Assembly (NCBI GenBank): GCA_026023565.1
Contig: JAPETS010000034.1
Coordinates: 310,001-339,834 of the forward strand
Direction: 5' to 3'
Length of the DNA: 29,834 nucleotides
Origin: Cirrosporium novae-zelandiae
Taxonomy: Eukaryota
The position numbers and the translations under genes are program-made. Under the pieces are notes generated by a model that was given only the letters and a program-made list of their open reading frames with translations, was not told where the DNA came from and searched no databases. Positions 1-10,726 of this stretch are shown one piece after another (position 1 is the stretch's first letter; every line of letters starts with the position of its first letter).

Positions 1-1378
1 TATTGACGATTCCCTGCGGTTTGTATTTTGGAGGCGAAATTTCACACTCGTGAGCCCTCACCAAAGCCCACTCAGACTTTTGTCCTGTTATCAGAGGCAA
101 ACTCATTGCCATCTCAGAGTACGTCACTTGGGCTCCCAAAGCTACACAAAGTCGACGGAATGGTAAGTTGCCTTGTGTAGTTAATGGAGCAAGGACTGGA
201 GTTTCAGCACCAAAGTAGACTCGCCTCTTCTCCGAGGGAAGGAAAGGTGGTTCAGTATAAGCAGCCCTGTTATCAAGGGTCTCTTGTGAAGGCTTAGATG
301 TTTTATCTGTCATCTCTATTTTGCAGTCATTATCATTATCCCTCCCAGACTTGTAGATTTTTCCAAATTCTTGAGCATTTTTCTCCAACCAGTTGTTATA
401 GGCATCTGCCTTAGGTGTTTGCATCTTCTTTCGAGAAAGAGACATCTTCTGTACTGTAGATACGTTGTTCACTGTATTAAGCTCCATATCTGGGGAGCCA
501 GACATCTTCTCGTCTTTTCGACTTTCATTTTCTATCAAAACAAGCTCTTTACGCCCATCTTCAGTCACCTGTTCTCTCATATGAGATCCGACGAAGCGGC
601 ATTTCCAACCTGAGCCACACTTGCCTTTTGTACTCCAAATAGGGCATTTGCCATCAAATGTAGTCAGGTCAGCTCTTTTATAGTTTGTCAAATACTTGCG
701 TAGGTCATGCTCAAATTTGCACTTCTCTCCAAACTGGCATTCCTTGGGGGAAAATTCTGGATAATTGGCTCGAGATGAGCAAAGGCCCTTCTCGTCCCTT
801 GAGCTGCCAAAATCTCGGTTTGTGTTTTGGCCCTTGGCCTTTCCACGTTTCTTACGGATACCGGGTTCGGCACTTCCCAGAGTCGCCTCCGCGGCATCAT
901 CATCAGCCGCTGGTCTTATATCACGGGCATCTTTACATCCTGGTACGCTTATCAAGAATCTGAAGGGGGGGTATTAGTTAGTACGAGCCTGGACAACGGG
1001 ATCCGAGGAGGCAACAAACTCAGCCTTGATTGGAGCTACTCCTTTCTTCCTCTCTGTGGCGGGAGTGTCAGTAGCGGTGTGATTCAAATCGGAATTTGGG
1101 GAGGATTTCAGCGGCTCCTCGAGCTTGATTCTTTTGGCAGGCAACTGCTCCAGGTCGTCCGAGGATGTTTCCGTATTGGGGGCGAGAGCTAACCCACACC
1201 TCTCACGCTTCTCCCCCCCTGTTCCACCAGAATCCTCTGGTCGTGGAGACGCAGGGGGAACTGCTGGGGATGTCATTGGCTCTGGTGGTGGAGCAAGAAG
1301 CGAGTTCCCGGAATCAAACGGGTTTGCTGGAAGCGCCTCAGCTTGGTGGTTTTGCATATTAAAATGTTGATCATTCAT
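1..1378 (-). CDS. DUS3: tRNA-dihydrouridine(47) synthase Dus3; 3' part lies beyond the window start. Exons 1378-1020 and 959-<1
   Basis: ATG at 1378. A 60-nt intron (960-1019: GTTTGT donor, TACTAAC branch, TTCAG acceptor) joins KGVAPIKAE to FLISVPG. Exon 2 encodes two CCCH-like fingers ([47 protein letters not shown]) and the start of the Dus domain ([29 protein letters not shown]). It is absent from the ORF track because the frame has no stop within the window. Confidence 0.93.
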
Positions 1379-2616
1379 GATTTCATCCAAATATTCACAA
1401 GCTGACGCGGGTTGACGTTAGAGGCGGTCACGAATCAAAACGTTTAAATGAGTTCCGATGAACTTAAGAGGTTAGTATTAAGCTGTAAGTGTAAGTAATC
1501 AAGGTTGGGTATGACAGGAATTTCCAATTGGTAGAGGCTTGATGGGGAGCTGAACGTTATGCTTCCGTATGGGATGGGAAAAACAGGAAACGACAGTCGG
1601 TTGTGCTTGCAGTACTTGAAAGTTAAAGGAATTTTACTCGATTAGGTATCCAGCAGCGGATCTTGCTTCTCTTGGTCGGCTTGGTCCTACCAAAACGCCG
1701 CCATACACGGGCCAAACCAACAGGAAGTACCGGAAATAAAACGATGAAAGAAAACGGATGGATGGGTGGATGGAGAAAAAGATGATAATTAGGATAGAAA
1801 GAGTTTCAGGATATGTCTTAATAAGTTCATAATCATCTACTGTATTGGATGAGAATCTAGACCTTTACTCTGGCCCTCCCCCCCTCTCTCTGGAACCCCC
1901 TTCCATTCCCTCCACTTCTTTTTTTCCCTCGGTTCTGGGTTACTCGCCAGTAAAGTGGTCTCAGGGTCTAACTAAACAAGAGAGAGAGAGAGAGACCTTT
2001 TTCATGTCAGGGACCTTACCTTGGAGCCATTATTGGTAACAATAAATAATATAGATTACCCACTGATCCATTAGTGAAGTACCTGAGGTATTTGTTACAT
2101 TGTTATTCTTCACCATGACTATTTATTTCCTTACGTACATATCCTGGTTCATAGGGCGAATTCAGCGAGTGGTTTCAATGCTATTTCGTAATTAATCGAT
2201 AGGTTGGAGTCTTGTAACTGCTCTTTATAAAGTGGTCCACAAATAAATCCCCATCGCTAATAACCCCGTAGTTACATGGTAGGAGAGCATAGTATACTAA
2301 GTAGCATAGTACGCAGAGTATAAAAAAGCATTACCAAATCTCCGGTCCCCTCCACCTTTGGTTTTCGCCCGACCTTATTACACAGCACTAACAAAAGTAG
2401 CTCAGTAGGTAGATTGGAAAGAAAGCACATGCCACAGGACAGGACCAAAACACACAAACACACAAACACATAAACACACGGACACACGGACACACATACA
2501 GATAGATGCCGACAACAGAACGGATATTCATAGTTTTAGTTATTCTTTTGGCTCAAACATCCATAATCATCCCTTCTTCTCTCCTTACTTACCTGCTTAC
2601 TTACTTACTTACTCTG

Positions 2617-3075
2617 TTACTCCACAAACGTCTTTTGATCTACCCCCCCCCCGACACAACTAATTACACTAAAAAGTATCCAAGGTCCCTTGGCGCTTGT
2701 TTCTTCCTCGTCTGGGTCAATTCGGTAGTTGCTCATTAGCTTGGTAGGTCCACGGCCAATCTTCTTGAATAGTGCAAGGCTGGGAGGCTCACGGACATGG
2801 TCGTCGTCACTGAACTTGACACCGTCCCACAAATTCATAAATACAAAGTCGCCAAGCGACTCATGGTTCACTACAATGCCCGAACACCATGCGTCGCAGG
2901 CTAACTAACTTAGTGTTAATATTACACTTACTCTTATTACTGTTGGTCCAATGTTGGCGTCAACACACATAGGCTGATCTCTGATGGATTTGCCAATCTT
3001 CATTTGGACCGTTTTGGTATGTCGAGTCTTTTTGATCTTCATTACATTCCCAAGTGAGAAGGATATAGTCGACAT
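2617..3075 (-). CDS. Possible orphan small protein or pseudogene (~140-152 aa); frame interrupted by one TAG at 2907-2905
   Basis: The ATG at 3075 is in the same frame as ORF 2617..2871. The single internal TAG ends an intron-like GTAAGT...ATTAAC...TTAG segment. Sequence complexity is normal while the flanks are microsatellite-rich. No recognisable family. Confidence 0.3.
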
Positions 3076-4418
3076 AGTCGAGGAATCATGGATGGAACAG
3101 GAGACGGCAAGGTTTAAACGTGGAATAAACTTCTGGTCTGAGACAGACTTACAGACTTAGAGATGAGACAAGACAGATGGTCAAATTACTGTGTATATAG
3201 TTCAATCATGGTTGCATATATGAACCTTGGGAGGATTGGAGGAACTGCCGTGACGGGTCGATCTTGATATGATTGATTTAGATATGAATTGATACGATTT
3301 GATCAAGATCCGATGATTGGCGATACCACATGAAACTTAGGATTGGGTAAAGGTGACGGCATGTGGTTTGTGATTTTTGGCTTCCCATTCAGCCGTCCAA
3401 CTGCGACGGCAGTTTTTCATCTTCCATGTCTTCTAGGCATCTTCTAGTCAGTTACCGTGCTGTATGTACCATGTGGGTGAGGCAAGAAGATACATGAGAG
3501 ACAGTCAAAAGTTTGTCGAAGACGATGGTGGAGGGGATGGATGGAGTCCGAATCGGCCCCATATGGTTTTCTAGGTTGTCGGGTTGACCGCATGATTGAC
3601 AAGGGGGGGATTCCTTGCAGAAAAGAAGGCGCGTAGAGGTACAATAGGAATTAAAGGGTAAGAAAGGTAAAGAGAAACATAGTCCGAGGACGAGTAGGAG
3701 CTGTTCGCAAAATGTGCAAAGGGCAAAGTTGCAAAGTTTGGTCGTTGCGACGAGCAATGGGCAATAGGCAATTGTTTGTTGAATAAGCGATTGGAGGGGC
3801 AATTTTGGTTGAGAGTGCGGGGGGGGGGGGGATTTCTGAGGCATGAGATGGGAGGGACTAGGAGGGACTGACTGAGGGACCGAAGGACTTGACAAGGGGA
3901 GGAGGGGGGAGGGCAAGATGGGGACGGTGACAAACCTGGTTAAACTTGGGGCTTTCGGAGTGCCGGTGGATCTAAAGAGGTTTAGACAATTAAATGATTA
4001 ATTAACGACCGCTATTAGTTACCTACCTAGTTACCGTGTGTGACTGACTCTCTAACTACTGTGTAATTGTAATGATTACAACAACATCAACAACAACAAT
4101 CTGACCCTCCAGTTTCCTTGCTTTTTATTTTCTATTTTCTATTTTTTATCTTCTCCTTTCCTAATAATTACTTCGTTTCTTCGCTTCTTCAAGAATGCCT
4201 GTTCTTACCTTCGCTTGGTCGTTGTCGGCGTCGGTGTTGGTGTCGGCGTCGTCTATGTTCGTCGGCTCGTCTGGTCGCCTAATAATTTCTATCAAAGGGT
4301 TTCATTTCATTTTAAAGTGTGAATAGGCTGCTTCAAGCTGAACTTGTCTAATTACTGAATTACTGGCAAATGCATGATATAGACTTTAAGCATGGTAGCC
4401 ACACCACGGTACATGTTC

Positions 4419-4469
4419 TGTAGTGTATGTAGTGTATGTAGTGTCTGTAGTGTCTGTAGTGTCTGTAGT
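4419..4469. repeat. 9-bp minisatellite (TGTAGTGTM) x~5.7
   Basis: tgtagtgta x2, tgtagtgtc x3 and a partial unit, read directly. Confidence 0.9.
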
Positions 4470-5065
4470 TGACTGCTGTCATGTATTACTCTGCACCAAA
4501 AGGAAAAAGGCGGCTAAAAGTCAAGTCTGGTTTTCTAGAAGGCTTCCACGTCTCCGTGCTTATTTATTTGATGTGCAATAGAAAGTGCCTGTGCATTGCA
4601 TTGGCCTGCCATGATCCCACGATTTCCCTCATTTCCAACCATATCGGCTCCAATTTTCAAAAGCGGGTCAGCAACACACAACCGCAACGTCAAGGTGTCA
4701 ACACCACTGGTTAGATTTTGGTTAGATGGATTTTAGTCTCTTCCACTCGGACCCAACTTTCTTTCCCTGGAATTAGCAACCTGTCCGACGACTGGTTTCA
4801 TGCTTCCTGTAACTAGAGGAGATGCTTTCATTCGGGGGTGAAAAAGGTCCAGTGGGTGCAGTACGAATAGTATGAGAGGACGTACGATGTTGATTTGGAT
4901 GGCGAGCGGTTTTTTTTTTCAACACCATGTCATTTTGGATTAATTGAATTGATTAGACTAATCAAACATTAGCTATTCTGTGTATCGTTAGACGAAGGTG
5001 AAGGTGCCGGTAAGCCGATTCAGCCTGCCACATATGCATAGACACACCCACACACATATTAACAT

Positions 5066-5170
5066 TACATACACTACATACACTACATACACTACATATA
5101 CTTAGATACACTACACGCTATGCTACACGCTATACACTATACACTATACACTACGCACTACGCACTACAT
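5066..5170. repeat. 9-bp minisatellite (ACACTACAT) x3 followed by degenerate 7-bp units (ACACTAT/GCACTAC)
   Basis: Read directly. The 9-mer is the reverse complement of the unit at 4419. Confidence 0.85.
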
Positions 5171-6743
5171 AACATCGTTCACACATACTTAGTTTACCTT
5201 ACAGTCTATCATTACTTTTCTCTCCCATGCCCCATGCTGCACCTCATCGGAGAAAAGTCAATGGAATCTCAGCCAACAAGCCCACCCCCCCCCCCAGAAT
5301 ATCCTCATAATCTAACAATGGCGATAATATAATAAAAATAAAAAATAAAAAATAATAGTAATAATAATACCAATAATGATGATAAGGAATAGTAATTTAG
5401 ATCAAAAATCAAAAATCAAAAATCAACGAATAAATAACTTTATGATCAATCCTCCACCAGCTAGGACGAGGTTGATCCTCGCATTGGAAATTTGGGAATT
5501 GTTCGAACACGAGGGACTTCTGGGAATTAGTGGTCTCGGATTCCCAAAAAGGTATCTGGCTGGCGGGTTGTTTGATATTCGCATGTCGTAACTGATCTAC
5601 CCAAGATCCACTGCAGTCGTTGGCTCGTTGGCTCGTTGGCTCTCAGGCGGCTTTCAGGCCTTGCTCAGACCCCTCCCCATAGCCTCTCACACCTCTTACG
5701 GCTCTTTCTTTTGTTTTCAAAGTTTCAGGGACCACGAGGGTTTCGACATGCGTAGGCATTTTGCCTTTTAAACCCTCTTTTTTTGTACTTTGGAGAGGTT
5801 TGGAAAGTTTGGAGTAGTTAAATCAATATGGGCAAAGATCTGGGAATCCTTGAGAAATACTTTGAAAAAGACCTGGAAATCTGGGACACACACCCACGAC
5901 ACCCACGACACCCCCCTCCCTCCTCTTCAACAGCCTCCAACAGCCTCCAACAACCTTCAACACCCACGATTCACCGTCCCCAAAACTTACCTGGGGTCGG
6001 GAGAGAGCCACGTTTTCGGAGGTGAAATCTCCTTTAGGTTGTTCGAGTCGCTTCTCTGCCTTCCCAATTTTCTGACTTTGAAATCCTATCTACAAAATAT
6101 ATACCAATGTACCTTTCCCATTCCCCTTTTTATCCTTTCCAGCCAAGCGAATGGATCTTCGACAATTGTGCGGTGAAGATGAACAAAGGTACCTCATGGA
6201 AGAAAAATAATAATAGTAATAGCAATAATAATAATTAGGGAAAAATAGAATAACAATAATAATCAATCAATAGAAACGAGTCAACTCCCTAGTGACATGT
6301 TGCTTTTTACATTTTTTTGTTTTTTTTTGTTTTTTCTGTTTTTTTTTTTTTTTTGCTTTTTTACAAGGACCGGGGAGTGGACTGATTTGTGAAAGTTCCC
6401 TTGACCGCACGTCAGAGTACTTTAGGTGATTTTTAGGTAGATTTTAGGGTAGTAGTTTGTCTGGAGACACCCAAATCAAGGGACATGTGCGATTAAACGG
6501 ACTCAACGACTGAAATGGAGAGGGACGAGGGAAGCAACAAGCAAGACAGAGCGAGAGATGCAGGGAAAGCGACAAGAGGATGGTCCCCTTCGTAATGATT
6601 GCATAAGTCTAACAAATCGAACAAATCGATCAAATCGATCAAATCTAATAAATGCTAACCATTTTAATTTGTATACGTATGTTCTTCTGATGAGTCTGGT
6701 ATCTATCTACCTAATTACTAAGTAGGTATGCATGTATGGTATG

Positions 6744-6745
<2 letters not shown>

Positions 6746-6793
<48 letters not shown>
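6746..6793. repeat. (TAA)16 microsatellite
   Basis: Perfect trinucleotide run. Confidence 0.97.
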
Positions 6794-6795
<2 letters not shown>

Positions 6796-7460
6796 GCTAG
6801 CCATCATCAGCCGCTGGGAGTTGTTGTGGCATGGGCTATGGGCTATGGGCTATGGGCTTTTTGCTTTGGAGGGGGTCCATGTCGTCCATGACCTCGTACT
6901 TTGGAAACCATTTCACTTATTTCGACTACTTTTGGCTACTTTGACTCTTTGACTCTTTTTTGCCTTGACCTTGACTACTTTCAACCATCCATGGTCCTTG
7001 TCTTTAGCGAATGATCCGGCCTCTCTCCGGGAAGTTTGATTTAAGCAACTGTGCGCCCACGGACGGACTCGAACAATTTGATCTCATCGCAAATAACCCA
7101 TCTATTTGATATCTACCGATTTGAGTACTATAACTGGTCTTGCCACCAACCTCCTCTAAATATCCCCCCTCCCCCAAAGCTCCTGCACCTGACATCCCAC
7201 TTTCTCATTGTTGCGAGTCTTCATATAATCAAAAACACAACCACAAACCACAAACCACAAACCACAACCCCCCCCCCCTCAGCCTTACTCACCGCATTCG
7301 CATAAACGACACACTATCCATCTACCACTATCTAGAACACTTATCGTCCGAGTGAATCTATTGCGACAACGTCAGCGATTCCACACACGGACTCCACCCA
7401 TTCACTCTCTCTGTACTGATTACGGTCTTCGAAGGCCTTTGATCTGATTAAACCGCCATC

Positions 7461-7748
7461 CTGGATTCACTATCAGACACTCCCCCCCCTCTTCAATATT
7501 CTCCCGTCCTAAGTGATCGGGATCGTTCTTCGACGAGAGAAACCACTCCAATCGGAACCCCAACTGGAGAATTTGGCCTCAAACGTCCCGAAAAAGAGCG
7601 AGATTTATTATATCCTTGGTGTCAGAAGCCGAACAGTACGCCTTGTAAGCAACTCGGCGATTTTGTCGACGCCACTCTTCTCGATTCAGACACAGATCTT
7701 GGGAATCCTCTATTTCCTTTATTCGACGACGAATCGGGAGACCATATA
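7461..7748 (+). CDS. SFP1: Putative CUG-initiated 96-aa N-terminal extension of Sfp1
   Basis: In frame with the ATG at 7749 and stop-free back to the TAA at 7449-7451. The CTG at 7461 has context ACCGCCATC-CTG-G (A at -3, G at +4). No ATG in any frame between 7014 and 7748. Confidence 0.6.
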
Positions 7749-9698
7749 ATGGCCACCACAGCATCCCCCATCGATATTGCCCCCTCACGCAACTCGCCAC
7801 ATGGCCCTCAGACTTCCAATCTCACTGCTGCACTCCACCAAATGGGCAATGGAGATATGCTGCTGAGCTCCAACTGGAACAGTGAGCGAGGACTCACCCG
7901 CCCAGATTCCTTTAGCAATTATGGTTTCAGCAGTCAGACCAATGGCGCAAAACCAATAAATGTCAAAGGCTCAGGAGCCAAGGAACGACGAGAGAGCCTT
8001 GCTGGAAGTCTGATTGCAGGAATGAGCTGGGGCGGCATATCGGTTGGAAGCTTTATTCGAGATGAGTATGTATTCCCATGCAAATAAATACCCCATCCAA
8101 GAATCGGTTGATAAGGGCCGGATACCATCGACCCGCATGGCTTTATCTTTATTTTCTAGAATCATTCCACGCCAGTTGAGCCCAAAGGCTAATTTTGCCA
8201 CAGTATGATGATGACTGGAACTTCACCATTCACAATGCAAACACCCTCCTTTCATTCCTCGTCATATCTGCCGAAACTTGAAGCAAATTTTATGAGAGAT
8301 TTCAGCTGCTGCAACATGAAACTTGCTTCGCTGCACGAACTTCTGGCGCATTACGAGACGGCACACGCAAACCAAAATTTTACGTCAACAACAATGCAGA
8401 AGGCGATGCAACCTAATTTTATACCCGATAACAAAACATCCCTCTCTAATGGAGCCTCCAAAAAGATCCAGGAACAAACACAGCAGAATCATACTATTAA
8501 CAACCAAAATGGCCAGTCAATGTACGGCATGGATGCTGCAATGACACAATCGACCCCCCAGCAATCCCAGGCACAACTTAATGTCAACCGTCGACCTCGT
8601 TCAGAAGATATGGATGACATCGACGACATGGAGATGGATGACGTTGAAGACGATGAAATGACCCCTCCTCCAAATCCCCTCCAGAACTCGCAGTCTTCAC
8701 AGCAAACTTCATTTGGGAGAACCCAAGTACCACCTTTGAATATGGGAGGCTTGAATATGATGCAGTCCCAAGGAATGCGAAACTCACAGCCTTCCACCCC
8801 AGTCACTGGCCGGCCTTCACAACTTTTCCAGAACAATCCTACCGTATCATCTGTGAACACCCCTACATTGACAACAGCCAATCCCCTGGCAAGACAGACT
8901 CGTGGCACCCCAGACTCATCTGCGCCCGGGACACCCGGGGAGCTCGATCAGGATGTATTTGGCCTCGGTCCCAATATGAACAGCGCCTACAGCATGCTTT
9001 TGAACGGGCAAAATTCAGGATACGGCTTCCCTAATATGAATTTCATGGGTAACGGCTATGATATGATTGACTACTGCATCGATGATCCTGCTAAGCATCT
9101 TCTGGGTGAAAATGGTGGCCCTCACGGTTCCCAGAATCAAGTTCACACCAGACTGGGAGGAAATCAGCACTATGGGGCCGATAGCGAGATCGCCCGAAAT
9201 ATTCGCCAACGACAATTGCAAGCCGGTTTGCCGGATACTAGCGTAGGGCAAATGCCGGGAGATGAGCCAAAGCCGTTCCGATGCCCTGTTGTAGGGTGCG
9301 AAAAGGCTTACAAGAATCAAAATGGGCTCAAGTACCACAAATTGGTAAGCCCATTTGCAAGACACATTAATTTGTATTAGCTAATAGTGAAATAGCATGG
9401 CCATAACAGTCAACGCTTGAACGACAACGGCGACGGCACATACTCGATTGTCGATCCAGAAACATCGATGCCATACCCCGGAACGATGGGCATGGAAAAG
9501 GAGAAGCCTTACAAATGCGACCATTGCGGGAAACGATACAAAAATCTTAACGGTCTCAAATACCACAAAACACATTCACCTCCTTGCAATCCGGAAGCCG
9601 GGATAACTGCCCTAAGCCCAGCAGCGCTACAGCAGCAGGGTGCCAACGTCAATGTCGCTGGCGCTGGATTAACAAATCTTGGCGATCCTATGATATGA
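7749..9698 (+). CDS. SFP1: Split C2H2 zinc-finger transcription factor Sfp1 (586 aa from the ATG). Exons 7749-8065, 8204-9344, 9396-9698
   Basis: Motifs GMSWGGISVGSFIRDD, YLPKLEANFMRDFSCC..LHELLAHYE, KPFRCPVVGCEKAYKNQNGLKYHKLHGH and EKPYKCDHCGKRYKNLNGLKYH. Introns 8066-8203 (GTATGT/GCTAAT/CAG) and 9345-9395 (GTAAGC/GCTAAT/TAG) restore the frame. Confidence 0.95.
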
Positions 9699-10520
9699 CT
9701 ACTCTCTCACCCCTTCTAATGATTTTGTCTCCTCCTTCGATTATGTATTAACACCAACATGCGGTTTACGCTCTCTCTTACTTTCAACCAGTCATAAACC
9801 GGATAACAGTGCTTGATATGAAATGATGTGAAAATGGATGGCGCCAATGCTTGCCTCGATATAAGATTGGGGCAAAATGGCGCACATACACACCCAAAAG
9901 TATAAAAAATATACACTTAATGAGGGTCGCTGGATTCGTGGGGGCGGCTGTTATAGCAATGCGATGCATTTCCAGGCGCTCTCGTTTCAACAACCCCCTG
10001 CTAATCGGCGGCATGGGCTGCGGGAGTTTCCTGGGTACTTTTGTTATGTCTCGTTTTTATGATACCAAGATTGTCGACGGCCAGACAGCTAGAATTGTCT
10101 TTATTTCCTTTTGGAAGTCTTTGTTTGTGTTTGGGAAGCAGGTAGCGGTCGAGGCAAAAGTCATTCGTATGTTTATGAGTAGGGTGGGTTTTATACCCGT
10201 GGATGGCGTCCAAACACCCTGGCAGGATCTATGTTTTCAGTCTTTTTTTTTTGGTATCGGGGGGCTTTGTTAAAAGTCTTATCATTCTGGGGATTATACT
10301 ACAGGCTTAAAAGGATAGACCGGTGATGAATTACAAGCAAGATGTGCGATTGATTTGCTCGTGGTGGGCAAGACAAAGCATAGATAGGAATACCAATATA
10401 TTCTTTTACGATTGATTGCATGACATGCTCCATGATAGAAGATACAAAAGTAGTTGTAGTCGAAGGACTCAAGGCTGAAGGGAGAGAAAAGATCGCAGTT
10501 ACGGATAGCTGATTTATAGA

Positions 10521-10541
10521 CCAATCAGAAGACGCCATTGG
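10521..10541. promoter_or_regulatory. Pair of CCAAT boxes (CCAAT 10521-10525 in ACCAATCAG; ATTGG 10537-10541) ~200 bp upstream of ATP synthase subunit g
   Basis: Match to the HAP/CBC consensus upstream of a nuclear-encoded respiratory gene. The motif is short, so it may be chance. Confidence 0.4.
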
Positions 10542-10726
10542 CTTCACACCCAAACTATTGTCTAAAATCCTAAACTTCCCGATCTCATCCACCACCTTTC
10601 AGGACTCCAATCACCAACTTACACGCCAGCCAAACAGGGCATTCGTCCCTCCTCTTTCAATTCATATCCGTCCCTCAACCTCTCCACTCTTTCTTTTCTA
10701 CTTATCTAATTTCAGTCAGCGACGCC

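Noticed and set aside
2584..2612. ACTTACCTG, another U1-like match
   Set aside because: Embedded in a (CTTA)n microsatellite.
3452..3933. Overlapping Pro/Ser-rich minus-strand ORFs (154 and 120 aa)
   Set aside because: Non-ATG starts; they stay open because of the stop-poor G-rich tract; no family motifs.
5985..6075. ACTTACCTGG resembling the U1 snRNA 5' end, with a later AATTTTCTG
   Set aside because: The U1-70K loop (GATCANGAAG) and U1A loop (ATTGCAC) are absent. It could equally be a minus-strand CAG|GTAAGT donor, but no credible exon flanks it.
1400..7400. Telomerase RNA hypothesis for the large gap (size and Sm-like site)
   Set aside because: I found no TAACCCTAA-type template on either strand; TTAGGG occurs only as an isolated hexamer (~6444).
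9851..10273. 140-aa + strand ORF downstream of SFP1
   Set aside because: TTG start, composition typical of a 3' UTR, no motifs.
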